Source of the DNA: Puia sp.
GTDB taxonomy: Bacteria > Bacteroidota > Bacteroidia > Chitinophagales > Chitinophagaceae
Direction: 5' to 3'
Length of the DNA stretch: 64,000 nt
Assembly (NCBI GenBank): GCA_035317125.1
Contig: DATHHO010000194.1
Span: 17,930 to 81,929 of the forward strand
Shown: in pieces, positions 8,623-16,527 of the stretch
Layout: the number at the start of each line of letters is the position of its first letter
Position numbering within the stretch: the first letter of the stretch is position 1
Notes under the pieces: model-generated
What the model saw: only the letters and a program-made list of their open reading frames with translations
What the model was told of the DNA's origin: nothing
The model's database searches: none
Program-made: the position numbers and the translations under genes

Positions 8623-9681
8623 TCAGAATTTAATGGGGCCGCCGATCGGCACTTCCACGGCAAGCCTGTACATAAAATCTTTTGCGGTAGGCCTGACCGC
8701 ATCACCGGACACCAGATTCCCGCTGGCATCTTTCTTTGCGGATGCCACGGGCAACAACAATCCGAATTTTAGCCGGATAGACTGCAGCGCCTTTGGAGCA
8801 TTCTCGCCAAAGGCATTGAAGGCCGACTCGAAATAAAGGTTCTGCCGGTAATAATTGTAAGGAATGGAGTCGGTCTTTACGCCGGTCAGCCAGGGTGAAT
8901 AATAATACCCCGCCATCAGATAGGACCCCTGGAATATCCCGTTGATCTCCATGATCCCCACATGACCGCCCACATAGGCATTTCCGTTAAAGACCTTCAG
9001 CCCGCCACCGATGAATCCGGCCCTCATCGTCCAGGGATGTATCCGGTTCAGGGAATAGTTGAGGCTTACCACGGCCTCGTTCAACCGCAGGGGAATGGAA
9101 TTACTGCTGTCGCTGGAAGACAGTCCCGCATCCGCCCCGATCAGGGCAAACGAAAAATGGCGCCCATACATACGCCTCCTGTCGGTAAGGTTTACCTTAA
9201 ATAAGATATCCAGGAGCTCGCTGTTCACTTTGATCCCGGCTATCGACTTGATAAAAGAGCCCACAAAGAAATTCGGACTGGGATTTCCGGTCGTGAAATG
9301 TATGATGATGACATTACTATTGGAAAAGATGAGGGTGACGGTAAACCCCGAAGTCGCGGTGTCCAGGACAAACATCCTGTTACAGGTGGCCATATGGGCC
9401 GCCACGGCCAGGTTGCCGGAGATGGCTAATCCATTCCTCCCGTTAAAATCATACAGCACCGATCCCGACACCGAGTTGACGTCCGCGGGAAGGTTGATCA
9501 CGCTGAAGGTAAAGGGGTGTCCGTTCAGTACTGTCCTTTCCACCTGCTGGCTCGATGTCCCGCCGGAAAAGGTGGACGTATAATCGAACACCAGGTTGTC
9601 GGGTGGCGTCTGCCCGAATGAATGGATGAACAACAATAGGATGGAAAGGGTAGAAAGGGCGGCTGGAATTGCCTTTTTCAT
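8623..9681 (-). CDS. Hypothetical secreted protein, possibly outer-membrane beta-barrel
   Basis: 352-aa ORF with signal peptide MKKAIPAALSTLSILLLFIHSFGQ, alternating amphipathic strands in the C-terminal half, terminal Phe; ends 24 nt before the patatin gene start. Confidence 0.75.
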   Translation of the reverse strand: MKKAIPAALSTLSILLLFIHSFGQTPPDNLVFDYTSTFSGGTSSQQVERTVLNGHPFTFSVINLPADVNSVSGSVLYDFNGRNGLAISGNLAVAAHMATCNRMFVLDTATSGFTVTLIFSNSNVIIIHFTTGNPSPNFFVGSFIKSIAGIKVNSELLDILFKVNLTDRRRMYGRHFSFALIGADAGLSSSDSSNSIPLRLNEAVVSLNYSLNRIHPWTMRAGFIGGGLKVFNGNAYVGGHVGIMEINGIFQGSYLMAGYYYSPWLTGVKTDSIPYNYYRQNLYFESAFNAFGENAPKALQSIRLKFGLLLPVASAKKDASGNLVSGDAVRPTAKDFMYRLAVEVPIGGPIKF

Positions 9682-9901
9682 ACAATGAGTTTTTGGTTTG
9701 CCTACTCTATATCCCGTTTTCGGCGATCCGGGCGACCAGAAGATGGTTGGTCGGACAAAGCTCCATAGCCCGGAAATCCCTTCCTAACGTCATTCCGCCT
9801 GTCCAGACCACGTATTATTCTGGTAGAGAAAGAGGTGTTTTCACGTAGACTCGGAATTTTATTTAGATATATTATTGCATTTCAACCTTAAATCTTAATT
9901 T

Positions 9902-10564
9902 ATGTCACAAACAAGATCCACAGTCATTGTAGTTATTGGCTGCCTTGCAGCCGGGTTTCTTGCCGGATACCTGGCATTTAAACCCAGGACGGAGACCACG
10001 AACACAACCGCACCCGCCGCCGCAGCCACATCCGACATCCCTGACGAACACGCATTCGATCAACTGGAAATCAGGGGCCACCGGTGGGGACCTCATCCGA
10101 CCCCGGGAGCGAACGACAACCTTGATGCCTATAGAAAATCGACGGCATTATTAAATCTGTCACTGTTCCATAATGGAGGAAAGACAAAATGCATTGTTCA
10201 TGAACCTTCGACCGCACTCGATTATGATACCGGCTTTTTTCCCGATTTCATCGCCACTCATCCCGTGGTAAGTAGCAACTACAGATGGGTCATCGGCTTA
10301 TACCCCGAGATATGCAGGGAAAAAATGCGCGATGGCACCATCCGGCCGAGGGTCAGTATTTTTATGATCCCTACCATGCGCAACATAGATACGGTAAATC
10401 ATCGTTATGATATACTGGATTATGATTCTATAAAGAATACGCCAGGTTTCGACATTTATTATAAGACCGACCCGGCCAGAATCAAGCCCAATACGGCGCT
10501 GGCAAATAGGATAAAGCTGTATGGCGATCAATTCATTTATGACCTGGGGACCATTTTCCCATAA
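9902..10564 (+). CDS. Hypothetical protein with N-terminal membrane anchor
   Basis: 220-aa ORF; single hydrophobic helix TVIVVIGCLAAGFLAGYLAF; AT-rich leader; first gene of a four-gene run. Confidence 0.8.
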   Translation: MSQTRSTVIVVIGCLAAGFLAGYLAFKPRTETTNTTAPAAAATSDIPDEHAFDQLEIRGHRWGPHPTPGANDNLDAYRKSTALLNLSLFHNGGKTKCIVHEPSTALDYDTGFFPDFIATHPVVSSNYRWVIGLYPEICREKMRDGTIRPRVSIFMIPTMRNIDTVNHRYDILDYDSIKNTPGFDIYYKTDPARIKPNTALANRIKLYGDQFIYDLGTIFP

Positions 10565-10576
10565 ACCCGACCGAGC

Positions 10577-11233
10577 ATGCTTTTCTTCTACAGCACCGTG
10601 ATCGCCATCGAGCTTATCTGTCTGATCTTTTCCCTGTTCTTACTTTCCGGTAAAAGGACAGGATGGTACAGGCAGCTGATCTGGTTGCTGGTTTTAGTAG
10701 TGGGCGTAGAATCATCGGGCTTCTATATTTATTTTATCAGACATTTCAGAAGCAATTATCTGCTGTTCAACATTTTCCTGCCGGTGTATGTTTTTTACAC
10801 CGGCTGGATCATGTACCAAATGTACCGGCCATTATCCAACAGCAGGATCCTGATAACGGGCATGCTGGCCGTCTTCAGCGCGATCTACCTGTTGGAAAGC
10901 ATACCAACCCATTTTATCGTGTTCAGCGCCAACGCCAATACCTCATTTTCCATATGCATGGTGATCATTTGTCTGGTCTACTATTATTTCCTGATTAAGA
11001 CGGAAGATTTTATCGACGTGTACAGGTATGCGGATTTCTGGCTGGTGACCGGATTGTTCTTTTTCCATTTTGTAAGCACCGCCAGCAATTTCTTTTTTAA
11101 ATATATGACCATCATAAATAAGGATTCGATCGTCCCGATCAGGTATAGTATTGAGATCCTGATCAATTTTATCCTATATTCCTGTTGGGTTTATGCCTTT
11201 ATATGCAGATACAGAAAGACAATATCATCCTGA
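10577..11233 (+). CDS. 7-TM integral membrane protein (putative sensor subunit)
   Basis: 218 aa, about seven hydrophobic segments with short loops; overlaps the kinase gene. Confidence 0.85.
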   Translation: MLFFYSTVIAIELICLIFSLFLLSGKRTGWYRQLIWLLVLVVGVESSGFYIYFIRHFRSNYLLFNIFLPVYVFYTGWIMYQMYRPLSNSRILITGMLAVFSAIYLLESIPTHFIVFSANANTSFSICMVIICLVYYYFLIKTEDFIDVYRYADFWLVTGLFFFHFVSTASNFFFKYMTIINKDSIVPIRYSIEILINFILYSCWVYAFICRYRKTISS

Positions 11234-11994
11234 TCATTGCCGTGATCACCGGCATTTTCCTGATGGCCGCGCTCTTTATGTTTTTTTATATATCGATCTT
11301 TATCGAACGTAAGAAAAGGCATAAGGAGGAGAAAGAGCGGATGAACCAGCTGTTCGGGAATGAGCTGATCCGGACGGAAGTGGAAGTACAGGAACAGACG
11401 AGGAAGAACCTCGCCAGTGATCTGCATGACAATATAGGACAGCTGCTGAGCCTTACCAGCATGATCCTCGGGTCGCTCAACATAAAAGATGCGGAAAAGG
11501 CGGAGCAGAAAATTTCCGAAGCACAGGGCCTGGTGATCCGTTCCATAAAAGAACTGAGGCAACTTTCAAAGCTTATCCATGGAGAGCAGCTTATCCAGCA
11601 GGGCCTGACCGAGGCCATAAGACAGGAGATCAACTGGCTCGAACGTAACGGGCATTATTCGATAGCGTTTCACGGGCCGGAGGGGACTGCCCCCTTTGAG
11701 GATGCGGAGAAGAACCTGTTCATGTACCGCCTCTTTCAGGAATCACTCAATAATATTATCAAACATGCGGAGGCCGACAAGATAACCGTTGAATTGAAGT
11801 ATATTGAAAACAGGGTCGCGCTGTCCATCGGGGACAACGGCATAGGCTTCGGGCCCCGGGACGCGGCGGCGGAGGGACAGGGTTTGGGGCTGAAGAATAT
11901 GCAGCGGAGGGTCGCCATGCTGAATGGCGCCATGAACATTCAATCCGAGCCAGGACGGGGTACCCTTATTTATTTTTCCATTCCATACGCATGA
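11203..11994 (+). CDS. Histidine kinase (HisKA_3 + HATPase), single TM, no sensor domain
   Basis: Start reassigned to ATG 11203; TM IILIIAVITGIFLMAALFMFFYI; H-box ASDLHDNIGQ; FQESLNNIIKHA, DNGIGF, GLGLKNM, GRGT. Confidence 0.92.
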   Translation: MQIQKDNIILIIAVITGIFLMAALFMFFYISIFIERKKRHKEEKERMNQLFGNELIRTEVEVQEQTRKNLASDLHDNIGQLLSLTSMILGSLNIKDAEKAEQKISEAQGLVIRSIKELRQLSKLIHGEQLIQQGLTEAIRQEINWLERNGHYSIAFHGPEGTAPFEDAEKNLFMYRLFQESLNNIIKHAEADKITVELKYIENRVALSIGDNGIGFGPRDAAAEGQGLGLKNMQRRVAMLNGAMNIQSEPGRGTLIYFSIPYA

Positions 11995-12650
11995 TCATGG
12001 CCACTCAGAAAATAAATATTGCCCTGGTAGACGATCACGCCCTGTTCCGCAGCGGCATTGCCAACCTTTTATCCGAATTCGCCGATCTGTCCATTGTATT
12101 TGAAGCAGCGAACGGTAAAGAGTTGCAACAACTTCTGCCGGGTCATCAGGAGGTGGATGTCATATTAATGGATATCAATATGCCCTTGGTGGATGGTTAT
12201 GCGGCCACGGTCTGGGTCAGGCAACATTACCCGCTTATCCAGATATTGGCTTTAAGCATGTTTGACGATGACCTGGCTATCATAAAAATGGTGAAGGCGG
12301 GTGCAGGCGGATATGTTTTGAAGGAATCGAAGCCCGCGGAACTATACCGTGCCATCAATGAGATAAAGGAGAAGGGACTTTATATCAATGAAATAGTCTC
12401 CGGCAGGATCATGCGCTCCATGCAGCAGCCCGAACAACCACCCGCGGGCGAATCCTTGATCACGGTGAGAGAGGCGGAGTTTATACAATATTGCGCCTCC
12501 GAACTTACCTATAAGGAGATCGCGGATAAAATGAAGGTAGCCGCAAGGACCGTGGATAACTATCGTCAGTCCCTTTTTGACAAACTGGACCTGAGATCGA
12601 GAGTGGGGCTGGTGCTGTATGCCATAAAGAACGGGATCGTAAAATTATAG
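11991..12650 (+). CDS. NarL/LuxR-family response regulator
   Basis: REC domain LVDDH...ILMDINMP, K in GYVLKES; C-terminal LuxR HTH TYKEIADKM...RTVDNYRQSLFDKL; ATGA overlap with the kinase. Confidence 0.95.
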   Translation: MIMATQKINIALVDDHALFRSGIANLLSEFADLSIVFEAANGKELQQLLPGHQEVDVILMDINMPLVDGYAATVWVRQHYPLIQILALSMFDDDLAIIKMVKAGAGGYVLKESKPAELYRAINEIKEKGLYINEIVSGRIMRSMQQPEQPPAGESLITVREAEFIQYCASELTYKEIADKMKVAARTVDNYRQSLFDKLDLRSRVGLVLYAIKNGIVKL

Positions 12651-12659
12651 ACCGGGGTA

Positions 12660-12720
12660 TAGAGGTTGAACTTTTTGCAACAAATTGAAAATGAACCGTC
12701 TGCAAAAAGTTCAACCTCTA
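12660..12720. repeat. REP-like palindromic element, copy 1
   Basis: Perfect 20-bp inverted repeat TAGAGGTTGAACTTTTTGCA (12660-12679) / TGCAAAAAGTTCAACCTCTA (12701-12720), 21-nt loop; between convergent genes. Confidence 0.85.
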
Positions 12721-12802
12721 GTATGACTTTGCGATAGTGGAGGGGTGGCCATTTACCGCAGCCAATCCGCAGGGAAGGCCGCCCCCCCCACACCGGGCCA
12801 AT

Positions 12803-13192
12803 TCATGAATTCGCCACCCGCAGCCCACCCGTGCCGCCCGCTCCTTTCGCAGGCATGGCCGCCGGTACTTTACGCGACCGGCGGGCAGGCGCCGGGGCCG
12901 ATGCGGCCTGGGGCCCCTCCTTATCCCGAAGGACCAGCAGCCAGGCGGCCTCCAGCAATTCTTCGAGGTCCTTATAATGCAGCAGCAGGCTGGCCCGCTC
13001 ACCCGCCTCGGCAAAAAGATCATTATCGGTGGACACACAGGCCTCCACCATATTCCAGAGATAAGCCCTCCATTCATGCAGGCGGTAATCGACAAAGAAA
13101 TCTTTCATCACCTGGAAAGGGTCCTCCCGCTGTCCAGGCTCAAGCCGTATAGGCTGATCAAACAACCCAGGCTGTTCCAGAAAATATGACAT
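12803..13192 (-). CDS. Hypothetical helical protein of a family I recall from Chitinophagaceae
   Basis: 129-aa ORF with globular core DPFQVMKDFF...WRAYLWNMVEAC...LLLHYKDLEELLEAAWLL and a low-complexity tail; divergent from an XRE gene. Confidence 0.7.
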   Translation of the reverse strand: MSYFLEQPGLFDQPIRLEPGQREDPFQVMKDFFVDYRLHEWRAYLWNMVEACVSTDNDLFAEAGERASLLLHYKDLEELLEAAWLLVLRDKEGPQAASAPAPARRSRKVPAAMPAKGAGGTGGLRVANS

Positions 13193-13481
13193 AAAATTTA
13201 ATTTAAAAGGTGCTGTAAGATGAACACTAACCTGTCCGGCAGCACACTCAAATCAGCCGGGTTGAAGGAGGGAGGCCCCGGCATTTTGGTGTCCACGAAA
13301 TTACGATTAAAGAAATTTAAGCGGGCACAACTTATGACCGGGAACCAATTAGTTTTCCACATCAGGATTAATGCGCGGCCCGCTGCTCATTTCCCAGCAT
13401 TGTTTTTTAAATTGTGCGATATTGAACCTGTCCCTTCGGAAAGCATTAAACCAAGTCCTTGCATAATAAATCAACCCCAGC

Positions 13482-13712
13482 ATGACGCCAGCTGAAAAGG
13501 AGACCCTGAAAAAGAATTTCGGGAAATATGTCAAGCATCTCAGGGAAGCAAAGGGCCTCACCCTTGAAGAAGTTGCCCTGCGCTGCAAAATGGACGATAG
13601 CAATATCTCCAAGATCGAGCACGGCAAACGCGACAGCAGCCTGACCACCATGGCTCAGCTGGCGCATGGGCTGGGCATGACTCTCCAGGAATTATTCAGG
13701 GGAAAATTCTGA
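13482..13712 (+). CDS. XRE-family helix-turn-helix regulator
   Basis: VKHLREAKGLTLEEVA...SNISKIEHGKRDSSLTTMAQLAHGLG matches the HTH_3 pattern. Confidence 0.9.
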   Translation: MTPAEKETLKKNFGKYVKHLREAKGLTLEEVALRCKMDDSNISKIEHGKRDSSLTTMAQLAHGLGMTLQELFRGKF

Positions 13713-13793
13713 CGGGGCCGCGGAGCACGGCGTACAGCCATAGGGCGGGACCCGGGGCCGCGGAGCGCAATGGCCTCCCCGGATGCCCCATCC

Positions 13794-14972
13794 TCAGGGT
13801 ATGCAGCTCAATATAATCGCGCAGGCCTCCCCAATCTGTGCTTCCGTGATCGGCAGCGGCGGCGCTATCCGCATACACTGCGGGGCGAAAAGGAACCAGT
13901 CGGTGAGCAATCCCTTTTTCAGACAGGCGGCAATCGTCTGCTTATTGATCGCATGACTTCCAAACTCGACGGCGATCAGCAATCCACAACTCCGCACGGC
14001 CTTTATCGAAGGATGAACAAGCAACTTCCGGAACAGCGCCTCTTTCTTTGCGACCTGCGCGATCCAATCCTCCTCCAGCAAGAGCTGCAACGATGCCAGC
14101 CCCGCTGCACAACTGACCGGATGGCCTCCGAAGGTCGTGATATGGCCCAGCATCGGCCCTCCCGTCAGCGCAATCATTTTATCCCTGCCGGCAACGAATG
14201 CTCCCAGCGGCATCCCGCCTCCCAGCGCCTTGCCCAGCAACAAAATATCCGGTACGACCCCATATTGCTCAAACCCCCACAGGCTGCCCGTACGGCCAAA
14301 GCCGGCCTGGATCTCGTCCAGCACCAGCAACGCGCCGGATGCATCACATTTTGCCCGCAACGCACGCAGCCAGGTTTTATCGGGTGCAAAAACCCCTCTT
14401 TCGGCCTGCACCGTCTCCGCGATCACACAAGCCGTATCCTCCGTGATCCTGCCGAGGGCTGCGGCGGAATTATATTCTTCATGCCAGACGCCCGGCAGCA
14501 GTGGCCGGAAAGCATTCCGCCAGTATTCATCTCCGATCAGGCTCAGCGAGCCTTGCGTTGATCCATGATACGATTGCCGGAAGGCTACGATCTCCGTGCG
14601 TCCCGTAACCCGCTTAGCCAGCTTCATGGCCCCTTCCGTGGCCTCCGTCCCCGAGTTGGTGAAATAAACGCTGTTCAGGGATGCTGGCAGGTTCGCCGCC
14701 AGCAGGCTGGCATACTGCACCTGCGGGGTCTGGATCAGCTCGCCATACACCAGCACATGCAGATAACGGTCTGCCTGATCTTTGATCGCCTGTACGACGC
14801 GCGGATGACGATGCCCGGTATTACACACGCTGATCCCTCCGATGAGATCGATATATTCCCTGCCGGCCGGATCGTATAAATGGATGCCTTCCGCACGCGC
14901 GATCTCCAGCCCCAGCGGCTCGGGCGATGTCTGCGCAACATGCCGGAAGAAAAGTCGGGAATTCGTGTCCAT
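13794..14972 (-). CDS. Class III PLP-dependent aminotransferase (acetylornithine aminotransferase-like)
   Basis: Start reassigned to ATG 14972; YIDLIGGI, FTNSGTEATEGA, SYHGST, LDEIQAGFGRTG, GKALGGG (PLP Lys), TTFGGHP. Confidence 0.93.
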   Translation of the reverse strand: MDTNSRLFFRHVAQTSPEPLGLEIARAEGIHLYDPAGREYIDLIGGISVCNTGHRHPRVVQAIKDQADRYLHVLVYGELIQTPQVQYASLLAANLPASLNSVYFTNSGTEATEGAMKLAKRVTGRTEIVAFRQSYHGSTQGSLSLIGDEYWRNAFRPLLPGVWHEEYNSAAALGRITEDTACVIAETVQAERGVFAPDKTWLRALRAKCDASGALLVLDEIQAGFGRTGSLWGFEQYGVVPDILLLGKALGGGMPLGAFVAGRDKMIALTGGPMLGHITTFGGHPVSCAAGLASLQLLLEEDWIAQVAKKEALFRKLLVHPSIKAVRSCGLLIAVEFGSHAINKQTIAACLKKGLLTDWFLFAPQCMRIAPPLPITEAQIGEACAIILSCIP

Positions 14973-15008
14973 GGACCGCAAAGTTCGGCAAAATTGCACG
15001 TTTCCCCG

Positions 15009-15016
15009 TAGATTTG
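15009..15016 (+). promoter_or_regulatory. Bacteroidota -7 promoter element
   Basis: TAGATTTG matches TAnnTTTG, 20 nt upstream of ATG 15037. Confidence 0.6.
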
Positions 15017-15036
15017 CTGAAACAAAAAGTCTGGCC

Positions 15037-15588
15037 ATGGCTACTATCCTCCCCGTAGAAGGTGTATTCCCCAAGTTCGGTAAAAATTGTTTTGTAGCGC
15101 CAAACGCCACCGTGGTCGGGGACGTCATCATCGGTGACGAAAGCAGCATATGGTTCAACACCGTGATCCGCGGTGACGTCAACAGCATCCGCATCGGCAA
15201 CAAAGTAAATATCCAGGACGGAGCGGTGCTGCACTGCACATATAAAAAAACACAGACGATCATCGGCAACAACGTCAGCATCGGGCACAACGCCATCGTG
15301 CACGGATGCAAGATCGCAGATAAGGTGCTGATCGGGATGGGCGCCATCATCATGGACAATGCGGAGATCGGCAGCAACTCCATCGTCGCCGCCGGGGCCG
15401 TCGTCCTCGAGAACACCAAGATCGAAGAAGGCACCATTTACGGTGGCGTCCCCGCAAGGAAAATAAAGGACATCCCGCCCGATCTGATCAGCGGACAGAT
15501 AGACCGCATCGCCGAACACTACATGAAATATGCAAGCTGGTTCAAAGATTCCAATGCCGTCAACGAAGGCCAGCCCGCCGCAAAATAA
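15037..15588 (+). CDS. Gamma-carbonic anhydrase family protein (hexapeptide repeats)
   Basis: Start reassigned to ATG 15037; IRGDVNSIRIG, NIQDGAVLH, IGHNAIVHGC Zn-ligand histidines. Confidence 0.93.
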   Translation: MATILPVEGVFPKFGKNCFVAPNATVVGDVIIGDESSIWFNTVIRGDVNSIRIGNKVNIQDGAVLHCTYKKTQTIIGNNVSIGHNAIVHGCKIADKVLIGMGAIIMDNAEIGSNSIVAAGAVVLENTKIEEGTIYGGVPARKIKDIPPDLISGQIDRIAEHYMKYASWFKDSNAVNEGQPAAK

Positions 15589-15862
15589 ACTTAGCATTTA
15601 CGCAATAATCAAAAGCCTCATACAAGGCCGCAAGCCACCGATCACATAACCCTGTATCCCATAGGGAATTGTCCCTCAAAACCCCCATTTCCCCTTATAA
15701 CCCTTACATACTAATCCGGGCTAAATTCCGCGCCAGGCTTGCAAATACAGGATAATATTTGTAGGTTTAAAATGTTTAAATTCTATCCCGTTGAAAGCAC
15801 CCATACTACACCCAACCCCCAGCCACGGCCGGAATCAAATCCCGCCGTCTTGCAAAGCAAAA

Positions 15863-16051
15863 TTGCCAAAAAGCAAACCCATTTTATTTTTCCTGCTGAT
15901 CGCCGTTCTTTCCACAGGCAACAGTTCCTGCGGAATGATCCATAATCTATTCGGTCAGAAGACCGGCTGCCCCAGCGATGGTAAAAATGTGGGGGCGGAA
16001 CGGTTGTTAAGCGGCGAGAAAGTCCCCAAAGCGCCGAAATTCAAAGCCTGA
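15863..16051 (+). CDS. Small putative lipoprotein (62 aa, TTG start)
   Basis: A-rich context before TTG; (M)PKSKPILFFLLIAVLSTGNSS-C signal-peptide-II-like leader, then GMIHNLFGQKTGCPSDGKNVGAERLLSGEKVPKAPKFKA. Confidence 0.6.
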   Translation: MPKSKPILFFLLIAVLSTGNSSCGMIHNLFGQKTGCPSDGKNVGAERLLSGEKVPKAPKFKA

Positions 16052-16090
16052 TACACCGATACCCTAATATAAAATCTAAATCCCTACACT

Positions 16091-16426
16091 ATGAGCCCTC
16101 TGACGCTACGCACCGATTTCGGTTGCACCGAAGCTGTCATCGACGAAGATTGCGGCCTGAAACGCTTTTACGAAGTGGCCAACATTCTCTCCGATGACCT
16201 TGATATTAAATTCACCCAGAAAACAGACGATTTTGATTCGCTGATGTGGGATTTCAGTTACAAGGGGCATGTGCTGACCTTGCACTACAATATCTACACC
16301 GGCATCTCGATCTACCCCCGCAAATTCCGCGAGGCGCCGCGAAAGGATAATGACGCGGTGGTCGAGGTCGCAAAATTCCTCGAAAGCAAACTCCTTATCA
16401 ATACCGCCAAACGATATATGGCGTAG
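16091..16426 (+). CDS. Conserved hypothetical protein (possibly DUF3630-like)
   Basis: 111-aa ORF with normal codon use, AT-rich leader and downstream terminator; family name from memory only. Confidence 0.75.
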   Translation: MSPLTLRTDFGCTEAVIDEDCGLKRFYEVANILSDDLDIKFTQKTDDFDSLMWDFSYKGHVLTLHYNIYTGISIYPRKFREAPRKDNDAVVEVAKFLESKLLINTAKRYMA

Positions 16427-16464
16427 AAGTCCACGGGCTCATTGCTTGCCATACTCCTTACCGC

Positions 16465-16495
16465 TAAACCCGCCTTCCGCGGGTTTATTTTTTTT
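16465..16495 (+). terminator. Rho-independent terminator
   Basis: AAACCCGC-CTTCC-GCGGGTTT followed by a T-run. Confidence 0.8.
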
Positions 16496-16527
16496 GCCCC
16501 GGACTTTGCTTAGTATATTGCTAAAGA

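Noticed and set aside
13220-13495. 91-aa ORF between the hypothetical gene and the XRE gene
   Set aside because: No recognisable features; occupies the divergent promoter region and overlaps the XRE start
3259-13712. Prophage, ICE or integrative element call for the accessory block
   Set aside because: No integrase, transposase, tRNA, att-like flanking repeats or phage genes were recognised; reported only as an accessory region
14973-15437. 155-aa N-terminal extension of the aminotransferase ORF
   Set aside because: Runs antisense through the gamma-carbonic anhydrase gene; the real start fits ATG 14972
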